Assembly: GCF_009834535.1 (NCBI RefSeq) | Contig: NC_045697.1 | Coordinates: forward strand, 117,554,001-117,618,000 | Source: Camelus ferus | Lineage: Eukaryota | DNA length: 64,000 nt | Direction: 5' to 3' | Shown here: positions 53,230-64,000 of the stretch, piece by piece | Layout of the letters: every line of letters starts with the position of its first letter | Numbering within the stretch: the stretch's first letter is position 1 | Made by a program: the position numbers and the translations under genes | Notes under the pieces: generated by a model | Told to the model about the DNA's origin: nothing | Database searches by the model: none | The model's input: the letters and a program-made list of their open reading frames with translations, nothing else

Positions 53230-55300
53230 ATAGATTATCCACATATATAAAATGTATACAGAGAGAAATATTCATAAAGCCTCAAAATACACAGAGCCAA
53301 ATTTAATAGAACTATGAGGAGACAATAACAAATTTTAAGCACTTTTTTTCACAGATTATGTTCACCAATCACATACAGTAAAATAAGAAATCGATAATGT
53401 GACTGAAACATTATGCCGTACACCAGAAATTCATACAACGTTGCAAACTGACTATACTTCAACAAAAAATGGAGAAAGTTTAGGAACTTAAAAAATGGTT
53501 GGCTACACACATACACATACGAGCACATGCATATTTATATATTTAAGTTTTAACTAGGTAATTCAAAGAAAACTAAGATACACATTCTCATTTGTGAACA
53601 GTTCTGAGTGGTTTGCATCTTAAAAAAAAAAAGAAAGTAATTAAAAAAAAAAAAACCATGTCCCTAATACAATGACAGCCAAACACCCCATGAATTTGGA
53701 TTCCAGAAGTCACATTCCTAAATAGTTTTAGGTTATGGAATAAATTAAAAATAAACTTAAGAGCATTTATAGCTGAACTTCAACAAAAATCTATATAAAA
53801 TGTGTGGCCTGCTCCAGTACTTAGGGAGGAATTTACAGCTTTGGATGCATTTGGAAAATATGAATGGTTGGAAACACATGGAATAAACATTTAGATCAAG
53901 AAGTTTTGGAAAGAACAACAAAATAAATCCAAGGAAAATAGAAGGAAGGAAATTACTGGAGAGAAAAGAAGAAATGGATGAAGTACAACCTCACACATCA
54001 AATCAATAAAAATAAATGGATTCTTTGAAAGGCTAACAAAATTAAAAACCTCTGTTAAGTGTGATTAAAAAGAGAGAACACATGAGAAAATATCCCTAAG
54101 ATTAAAAGTGATGTGGATAATCATAGAGATTTTAGATGTCCCAAGACATTATTTCACACATAGCTGTCATTAATTTAAAAATCAAATACAATGGATAATT
54201 TCCCAAAGAAAAATGTTATCAAACTTCATCTGAGACAGAAAAAAGATCTGAATAGACAAATACGTCCTTTTTTTAAAAATATGCTCAGAGTCGTAAAAAT
54301 TGTAAGTGTCCCTAAACCTACCGTCAGTAACACAAGGCTGGATCTGTTTCATGGGAGTTTTAGAAAAGTCAAAGAACCCTTAACTCCAGCCTTGTTTAAT
54401 TTCTTCCAGAGTCTAGAAAGAAATATAAAGACACTCAATGCATTTTATGAGAATAGTGTAATCTTGGCATGAACAGAATATGGATGACATAAGAAAATGA
54501 TATTATTGGTCAGTCTCATTTATAAATACAGATATAACAATTCACATAACTCTTGAAAATAATGCATCACAGACAAAAACAGCTTATCTCAGAAAATCTT
54601 TTAACATAGTAATTATGTAATAGTTCATCAGATAAAAACAATATAATCGTGTCAATAGTTGCAAACTGGGACAATGAGTTTATTCAGCATTTTAGCCTGG
54701 CAAAATCTCTAAATGTTAAATTCCAGCTACACCATTAGTTTAGCGGAGGATGGGAAATAAATTCTTTCTTACAATATTGGCAGGAGTATAAATTGATATA
54801 GTCACTCTGTACAAAAATTGTATTAGCAATTAATTTTTTAACTGCATGAAGGGTGCTCTCTGCAGTATTGACTACACAGAGTCATTCTCCCACAAATACG
54901 AGAACATATAAACAAGAATGTTTATTTCAGCATTGTTTGAAATGATGAACATTTTGAAACAATACAAATATTTTTCATTAAATAAAATGTAATACATGCA
55001 TACGATGAAATAATCTGGGTATCTAAGTGAATAGCTCTCAAAAAACCTAATGCGGTGAGTGATGTATATAGTTAGACAGCATTTATGTAAATTTAAAGAC
55101 ATTAATATTTGTACGTTTTTTCTTTAAAATATTATTAAATTTTTTTGGAAAAATGCAACCAAACTGACAGTCGCAATTGCCTCTAGGTATAACTGCGGAG
55201 GAACAAGATGAAGGCTTAGACGTGATGACGCTCTCAAGTTTACCTTTAAGGTTGTAACTTTTTTTCAAAGACAAAGTATTCATATATTATTTATTGATAA
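53230..55300 (+). mobile_element. Old L1 (ORF2 to 3' UTR, heavily deleted) with a nested young L1 3' tip at ~53398-53470
   Basis: A-rich decayed ORF2 text (TTCTTTGAAAGGCTAACAAAATT, CATTTTATGAGAATAGTGTAATCTTG). Confidence 0.75.
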
Positions 55301-55547
55301 AGAGAATTAAGTAAACAAAACTGAAAGCAAATATGCTGGAAGGTTAAAATGATTTAATTCTCAGTGTTGGGATATAAGTAATTATCATATTTCCTTTACC
55401 ATTTTTCTGGCTTTCTGCCTTGGACCCATCTCTCTCTCTCTCAGCCCATCTCTCTCATAGACACACATGCACACACACATGCACACATGCACTTAAAAGC
55501 ATACTATATAGGGAGACAGTTCAAGCTTCCAATGAAAAGGGTTTTAT

Positions 55548-55910
55548 ATAGTGCAATGTTGTTGTTGTCTGTTCCCCCCAAAATTCACGTGTTGAGATGT
55601 TGACATTGTAATCCTCACATGAAAGTATTTGGAGATGGAGGTTTTGGGGAGGTGATAGGTCAGGAGGATGGGGCCCTCACAAATGGGATTAGTGGTTTTA
55701 CACCAGAAGGGGGAGACCCAGCCATCTGTCCTGTTGCCACATGCAGACCCGCAGGAAGAGCCCACTGTGAACCAGGAGGAGGGCATCACCCAGATCCTGG
55801 CATGCTGGCACAGTGACCTCAGACCACCAGTCTCCAGAACCATGGGCAGCGTGTTGTGTAAACCTCCCCGTCTATGGTCATCTGCTGAAAGGCCAGAGCT
55901 GACCAAGGCA
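55548..55910 (+). mobile_element. MaLR LTR (MLT1A-like)
   Basis: CCCCCAAAATTCACGTGTTGA...GGGGCCCTCACAAATGGGATTAGTG...CCAGTCTCCAGAAC...GAGCTGACCAAGGCA. Confidence 0.85.
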
Positions 55911-56939
55911 CATGCTAGAGACATCATCTGGGCGCATCATCAGAGCCAGAAAAATGCTGCTTCCAGTCCCTTGTCCCTGGATGGCGAGCGAAAATTAACA
56001 GGGACCACTTGACATGCACACAGTGGGAGCTGTTTCCTGGTTTGATCTCTAACTTGAGTGGTTCTCTGGAGAGTTCTGATTAAGTCCAGGGGAGGCAGGG
56101 GAGGGAACAAAACAGGAGGCTTCAGGATGCTAAGGTTTGCAGCACACAGGTGTGGATGTCCCAGAGGGTGCGCAGGAAACAGGCGGGCAGGAAGGACAGG
56201 AGCTGCTCACGGGGAGGGGAGCGACCACACCGAGGACTTGGGGTCAGGCTGCGGTGTGGGTGGCAGGCGGCTTGTGGATGCAGGGCTGGGTATCCTCACA
56301 TCCCAGGAGGCTCTGCACATGCCAAGACCCTGGACGGGGAGGGACTTGGCCTGTGCAGACGGAGTTCCATTCAGCCTGAATTACATGTGAATCCAAAGGC
56401 ACGAGACTGAGTGAAGAGTGAGGTGAAGGGGTGTGTTTCCTTCCCAAACCACTGGCAGGGAGGAAAGAGGAGTTGTTCCTGATGATAGAATGATGGGGCA
56501 GGGCAGGGACAGTCCATTTATAAGATGGGGCGAGCAAACCCAAGGTATACACAAGGAGGGGGGTTTTCAATGACTTGCATGTAAATAAATAAATGGAACA
56601 ATCTGTTGAGAATAGGTTTTTCCCCCTACGGGCCATCTGGTTCCTGTCAATTAGCACACCCTTATTTTATTTGAGCTTTAAATAGGCATTCCCTCCAAGA
56701 CCTCAAATGTAACCTTCATGTGAAACTATTCCAGAAAGACATAAAGTAGGTGCCTTGTAGGACTTCCCAGAGGGCAAAAATGTAGTGTGTCTTAGTTGCA
56801 AATAAAACACCAATTAATGGTACGCACTATATGTATGTATATACACGCATATAGACGCATATATACCTATATTGACCTAAACCTATACACACACATACAT
56901 ACACATTCATATATTTTTTTTTTGCATTTAGATTATTAT

Positions 56940-57290
56940 TTATTTTTCTTTCTTTTTTATTGAAGTATGATCAGTGTACAGCACTGGTGTACAGCATCAT
57001 GGTTTGGTCATACATGAACACACATATATTCCTTTGCATGTTTTTTATTGTAGGTTACTTCAAGATCTGAATATAGTTCCTTGTGCTGTACAGTAGGTGC
57101 TTGTACAGTATTTTATATACAGTAGTGTGTATCTGCTGATCCCAAACTCTCAGTTTATCCCTTCCCACCTCTTTTCCCCCCTGGTAACCATAAATTTATT
57201 TTCTGTCTGTAAGTCTGTTTCTGTCTAATAAATAAGATCATTTGTGTCTTTTTTTTTAGATCACACATACACATATATAATGATATTTTA
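56940..57290 (-). mobile_element. L1 3' end
   Basis: TTTTTTATTGAAGTATGATCAG...CTGGTAACCATAAATTT...TTTTAGATCACACATA. Confidence 0.85.
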
Positions 57291-58214
57291 AAAATCTAAT
57301 GTCTTCCCAGCATTATATTTATGTTGTGTGTTTAACAAATGTGTCTTCAGTAAATGGACAAATATTGTGGCTATAATATAAGATATATTGCCTTAAGGAA
57401 CATTAAAGATGGCTTTATTACTTAGAGGTTGGCCTCATACATTTTTAATATGAATTCAGAATGTAACACATTATCATTTATACAGAATTGACTTAATCAG
57501 ATATTTTGATTAATTGAGAATAACCATTATGTTCAGTAGTTGGATTATCAGCCTTCAAAGAATTAGAACACAATGAAATACGTCAACATGACAATTCTAT
57601 TGAATGTAATTTAGTGTTCTTTCTACATTTCAGAAAGAATTGCTGAATCATGCACTTTTCCAGGATGATAATTTTGGGCATTAATCATCTATTAGTACTC
57701 TACACGCAGGAGCTGTAAGAGGTTGTACAGTACGTGAATTATTGCCACACACACGTGAGCGGATGAGGCTTGATTTATACAGCATGTTTAATCTAGCCAA
57801 GAAGTTCTTTTACCCATTCTTTCTTTTTAAATTCTGAAATCTCATTTTTTAAGTTCTCTTTTTATATGGATAAATGTAAAAGCAGACCTTTCACTATGTG
57901 GATTCTGCATTAGGGGCCTTGCATCACCCACAACCTAATTCTTAAATCACGGATCCTCCAAGTAAATATTCTAAGGGTACCTTGATACATTCCAAGTATA
58001 CTTTAATACGCATTTTGTGGTTCCTGCTACTGCTCCTCTTCTTAAATTGTGTTATATTCAAGACTGATCTCCAATGATTATGGATGTCAGTGTATTTTTT
58101 TAGCCAAACACCCATTATGCTAATAAAAATTATTTGAAAAACCGAAACTGCTTTGGAAGTAGTTTTCTCGCGAGAGCTGACGCAGACATAGTAGCAGCCG
58201 TAGGAGGCAGAGAT

Positions 58215-58450
58215 AATGATTGTGATTTATTGCGCACTTACTGTGTGCTGGGTACCTGCTGAGAGCCTTACAGTAAATGACACATTAAATCCTCATCATC
58301 ATAATAGGAGGTTGTCATCATCACTCGTGTTTTCTGAATGGGGAAACTGAGGCTCAGGATGTTTTAAAAAACAATTGCCAAGATTTACACTCGTAAATAG
58401 AACGCTGGCTAGACAGCTCCTTCCAAGTCCTGGCCTGTAACCACTCTAAA
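58215..58450 (-). mobile_element. MIR
   Basis: ATTTATTGCGCACTTACTGTGTGCTGG...TTTTCTGAATGGGGAAACTGAGGCTCAG. Confidence 0.8.
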
Positions 58451-61179
58451 AGACAGACTTAACATATTGCAGTCGATAATTCTTTTATAGTATTTTTACT
58501 CCCTCTTTAAAAATTGGGTAATTGAGAAAAAGACTCTTTGACAAGTTTTGCGGGGTTGTGTACGCACGGTAACCCACACGTGCTCCTTCCAGCCCAGAAG
58601 TCCTTCTCCCCTCGCCTGCCTCCCTCTGGATTCTCATACAGGACTGGCTCTTGACGTAGTGGAGACCCTTGGATCATTTCTGTGTGATGCATGTCCTATC
58701 TACCCCTTTAGGAAATTCCTCATTTTCATTTGGACACTTAAGTTACTTCGCTGGAAATTCGAACGCTCCCAAGATGCCAGTGGACTGATTGGAGACTCAA
58801 GCGATTTTTGCATGAAAGGGCTTTTGAGTACAACACAAATGAATAAAGCAGAGAAGAGCAGATGTGTTCAGAAAGAGGCTTTTTAATAGTCCGCGGTGAA
58901 ATTTATCAGGCATTCCCTCTTAATGAGTTCTATGTCATATTCTCCCCATTAATACGTTAAAGATCATCTTTGCAGCTGACCAACCTGCAGATCGTTAGAT
59001 TTATTTTTAAAATGTGTAAGTTTGTTAGTAAGGAGGGAGATCTGATGTTTCGGTGGTTTCTCAAATCTCCGTGGCGTGAGGTCCTGGTCCTGGAAGAGAA
59101 GGACCAGAGTGTGTACTATTGTTAAGTGTCCTGTTCCTCCTGCTACATTTCCAGCTCCAATATATGCTTAAAAGAACATCCCTTGAGAACATACAATAAA
59201 CGTAGCTGAGCTTTCCAAAAGCTAAAATCATTTACCTCTTCCTCTTGTTTACCATTTTGCAAAATGAGGTTTCTGTTCCGTGTCAGCCGGGACAGAGGGT
59301 GAGGCAATGTTAATTGACTAATAAAACCTCTGTTTGATGAGGTAATTGGGGAAGGACCTGCCATTTGACTGCATTCTTGCTAAATCTTAGAGAGGTCCGA
59401 CTCCTTCTGGTCACCTCCCTGTGATCATCTTAATGGAACAGCCACTGCCTCGGGCTGCAAATTGGGATTTACTGAAAATTGTTTCAAGGTATAGGATTAA
59501 GATCAGATGGGAGTTTCAGTTAAGAAACAAACACTAGGTGAAGTGTGTTACCTCATCAGCAAAGGAACATTTTTGCTTTGCTGTTCATTATCCTCTCAGC
59601 AATGTGAACTAGGAAATAAAATTCCAATAGCACCTTAATATTTTTTATTGCTCTGTTTCTGCACTTTACAATTCCTGATTTCTGTAACAGTTCATGTCTA
59701 GCTTCAAAATTCTAGGACCTCTAGAAAATTGGCCTTTTGTTTCTCTACATTTAAGTATTTCTTACTTATTTTTCTGTCTTTTCCTTTCAGACAAATGATT
59801 GATTTTTGTCCCTTCTCTTATGCTTTTTAATGATATGCAGTATGTATTCTGATTTGCACCAAGGTGGTTTGTCTAATCAGCATACTTTCTGTTCTTACAC
59901 TCTTGACTTACCATTTAAGAGTCTATCCTTTCTTATGCATTTTATTCATCCTAACAATTTTTGGCTAACACAATACCTTTAACATATTAAGTACTCAGTA
60001 AGCATTTACTGTTTTACAATTTTTTTTTTTGTTCAGTATTTTATACTGAGAAGATTTTGAAAGAACTGTTTTGGGTGTGATCCTTGAGTGCGAGAAATTC
60101 AAAAATATTTACAGGAGTGAAAATGCAATTATTGTCTGGAATACAGAAATTCCAGCTGGAACAGAATTTATTAATTTTCTCCTTGCTTTTGCTGGTTAAG
60201 GACAAAATTAAATAATGCATATGTATATATATGTATGTATGTGTATATATATATGTAGAGAAAATATAAAATGTATTAAATGCAAAATATCAAGTTTATA
60301 CGTATATATGTAGATATTGAAATTATAACCAACCCTGAGTATGGTATCCACATTATCCACTAATTTTAATCACAAGAAAATCTGTAAAGTATATTTGCCC
60401 AATTGACATGTCTAATGCTTTGAAGAACTCAACCTTAACCTCTTAAAAGTTTAAGACTAGCTTCATAAAAAAGGGTGGAGGGGTAGTTAGGGAATGCCAA
60501 ATTAATGATATACTGTGTAAACATATGCATTTAATTAGAAAATATAGTTGGAATAAATCTGCTTTTCTAAAGCAAGGTAATAATATTCTAACAAGAAATC
60601 TTGATTAAAGGTTATAAAAAAGATTTCAAACTACTTGTCATCTTAGTCTTGGTACTTTAAAATTTTATGTCCAACTATTTGTGCAGACTGAAATTTCCCT
60701 TACTACAGATAATTGAGTTGTTTTTAGAGCAGCCGAGCTTGAACACTGCATATGTTTTTTGGGCTATATTAATTTCATTAGTCAATAGAGATGAAAACAT
60801 AAGCCTGAAAAACACTTAATATTGAGTCAAAACGTATTAGTTAAAATAAATATTTAAAGACACAGCATCCAAGACCAGCCCACTTCAAAGAAATAATGAG
60901 ACTTAAAATTAACCACTTACCCAAAAGGAAAGGTACCTGACCGAACTTAGAACTGCCATCACTGCTAAGTGTGATATACAAAGGTCAGCTTCAGTCTGAT
61001 TGGAGTTTAAGATGCAGGCAGTGTGAGAAATGACTACAAAATAAGCTAAACATCTAACGAGGAGAATTTTATGTGTCAGAGAGAGGTGTTTTTTATAGTT
61101 CATTGGCAACACAAAGGTCTAAAAACATTTGAGCAAAATACTGTGACCACAGCTTTATTTTAAAGAAATTAATGCCATG

Positions 61180-62230
61180 ACAGGTAAATTAAAAATGTAA
61201 TACTAGGGATTGGATCATGAACCAAAGGAAAAAAAAAAAGAAACAGTGAGACAATTGGCAAATTTGAATCAAGTCTCTAGATTATAGTATTTTGTCAATG
61301 TCAGTTTCCCCATCTGGGTACCTGGTACCAGGGTGGCTCTGAAAGGAGGTCTTGGTTTAGGAAACATACAGTGAAGTGTGTAAATATAAGGGAACATCAT
61401 CGTATCTGCAACTTTAGTGTCTCATGCATGCACACACACACACGGTAGGAGGGAAAATAAAACACGTGTGATAAAATACTAATGTTTGGAGAAACTGGAT
61501 GAATGGTGCACAAAAATTCTTTGTAATATTTTTGCACGTTTTTTAAGTCTGACACAATGTCAAAAAAGGTTTTAAAAAAGCAAAGTAATATGTCAACATA
61601 CAACAGGTTATAGGAAGACCAGGCTATGGGAGGATCATAAAAAGCTACCTTCGAGGCGTTTGGAAGGACATTTGGGAGAAACCACTGGAATTGAAAACAT
61701 ATACATATTTCAACTCAGCACCTCAAATTGTGGCATCTGCCTGACAGAAATAGCCACGTACGTGCACAAAAATATTTATTGCAATTAACTTATTTTGTAG
61801 TAGAAAGGAAAAACAATCAAAATTTCTGTTTAAAAAGAAGCGAAGCTCAGCCACCTTCTATATGCTATATAGAAGGATAGCCAAAGATAGGCTTATAAAC
61901 ATCCAGGATGTGCCCACATAGGAAGATCTCTGAAACATATTAAATGAAAAATAAACAAATTGTAAAACTATACATCCAGTAGATTCCCATTTACATTAAA
62001 CCCCATTATGTTCAATTATGTTTCATATTTAAAAAGTAGACAGAGGCTGTAAATGTCCCCGAGTGAGTCTGAATGTTCACAAGACCCTGGCGACCTCTGG
62101 GGACTGGGCGAGAGTTTGAAGAGAAGAGACTGTGATGGCAACGTGAAGTGCTTCCTCACTTTTAACACATTTGTTCGTTCTTTAATCCATCCAGGTATTC
62201 ACGTATTACTTAGCAATTAAAAAAGGAACA
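61180..62230 (+). mobile_element. Old L1 3' fragments (L1MC/L1ME-type)
   Basis: GGATTGGATCATGAACCA...TTCTTTGTAATATTTTTGCACGTTTTTTAAGTCTGA followed by a second decayed L1 3' region. Confidence 0.65.
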
Positions 62231-64000
62231 TCACAAAGCAAGTTGAAAAATAAGAGTTATAAAGGAGTGGGGTTGGGGACCACTGTCACAGTTGATGACT
62301 GGGAAAGGGACACGGATTTCGGGTGGCGTCCCCAGAAGGAGAGGAGGTGGCAGGTGTGAGAGAGAATCTCTATGACTGACCGTGTGGGAAAGGAAGGCAG
62401 ATTTAACACAGGCGATGGGAACAGTGATGACTCTATCAGAAACGGAAAATGAAAGAAACAACCAAATTGTAAGGAGATCTTTTTTTTTTTTTAATTTTGG
62501 AAACAATGAATTTGAGATGCTGATATCCAGGTAAATATACTGCACGTTTCCTAGAAAGACATACTATTTGAAGTACACAGATCAGGACTACCCTGGGGTT
62601 AAGTAACTAGACTCTCGAGGTAACAATATGAAGCAACTGTTAGCGGACACCAACTGGACTTCATCATGGTCACCATGGAATGTTCCATTTGCAGCTATAT
62701 ATGCGCACTTAATCCTGGGACAGCCATTTGTATGTATTTGGGTATTAAAATTGATCTTAAGAGGCTACAATATCGTATTACAGAAAGTAATTAATTCACA
62801 TTATTTTCAAGAAATAAATCCTCTATAATGAGACCTGCCTTCCATCTGGTACCTTTCCCGCTTCAACTCTGGTTCTAAAACAAACTCCCTGATATGAGTG
62901 AAATTTGAAAGAATAAAGAAAAGAGATTATGAGCAAATATAATGATTATAATACAAATTTTAAACGGTCGAAGTCTTATCCAAGACATTTTCTTTTTTCC
63001 TAACACAGTTCCATTAACATGTTTTGCCCTGGATCCTAGCAGGATTTTGAAACCCATCAAATATAGATTTGGGGGGAAATTTTAAAACTACTCAGATGGC
63101 TGAGATTTTGCAACTAGAGGGTGCTGAAGGACTGTGGAGATTAGATATGTTTCATTTTTTAAAGATTTAGCAATCAGTGATTTTGTAAAAAATTAGTCTT
63201 CAACAAAATAGCACTGAATTATACACAGCAATTGGCACAAACAATATTCAAACACATTTTATTATTGAATTGACCACACAAACTCTCAGCTGCAACAAAA
63301 CTCTCCAAAGGATGTAAATATTCTCACTTGGCGTCATGTTTGTGTTAGGTGGATTACAGAGTCTTGCTATCAGCTATGGCGACCCGGGAGTGTCAGAGAC
63401 CAGAAAGTATCTATTTTAAAGTTGGAACAAGATCAAAGCAAGGAAATCTAAGCAATCTAGACCTTTAGCAAGAAAGAAAATACAAGAAGAAGAGAGGCTT
63501 AACATAAAGTAATTACTTACTTAATCCTTGAATGTTCTGTAGCAAAATCAAAAGCTATTCAAATAAGAAAAAAAGAAATTCAGAAAAAAATTTAATTTTA
63601 CTTTGAAATACGTAAGCATTTTAATAACATAAAGAAGTTAAAATCCTTTAATTACTATGAATTTTCCTTCCCAAACCCAAGTTACTTCTAGTAATGATTT
63701 TCCTCTTGGTTTCTTAACAGTGGTGTGAAATCACATACCCACTACTATATTCCGATTTAAAATATTTATGACTCTTTTTAAGGCACAATGATTTTGTATA
63801 CTCTGTATCAACAAAATAAAATCCATGAAAATATATTTAGGTTTTAAAGTAGAATTTCTTTTATCAGAAATATTTAATCAATATATCTATCCTTTAGTTT
63901 TATTTTATCAGAGACCAGAATTCAGCATGAATTTAGGTGCATCTAGATTTCCTTTTGTTTCAAAAATGCTTACTGTGTTTTATTCCCTGGCATTTTGACA

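Noticed and set aside
38000..64000. 3' exons of the upstream neighbour GLRB, expected from mammalian synteny
   Set aside because: No GlyR-beta-like coding sequence was recognised on either strand; it probably lies beyond the window.

Overview
Mammalian genomic DNA, most likely a camelid judging from two tRNA-derived Vic-1-type SINEs. The window holds the 5' end of GRIA2 (AMPA receptor subunit GluA2) on the minus strand. Coding exon 1 (CDS 36555-36642) and exon 2 (35879-36019) splice in frame to give the first 76 residues of GluA2. Positions 1-35878 are part of the long intron 2; I did not find exon 3 in the window. The CpG-island promoter carries a near-perfect RE1/NRSE, an NRF-1 site, GC boxes with a G4 motif, a (GU)n leader repeat and four upstream AUGs. 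Positions ~38-64 kb appear intergenic and are filled with L1, MIR, L2, MaLR/ERVL remnants and a solo ERV1-type LTR. I see no evidence of a wholly new multi-gene system. The most notable observations are mechanistic or regulatory: an L1 with both a 5' inversion and a ~100-bp 3' transduction, three further twin-primed L1s, an AUG overlapping the GRIA2 start, a candidate UG-repeat-flanked poison exon, and inverted L1 pairs that could form dsRNA in the pre-mRNA. Repeat family names come from recalled consensus sequences, and repeat boundaries are approximate unless a target-site duplication (TSD) is given.
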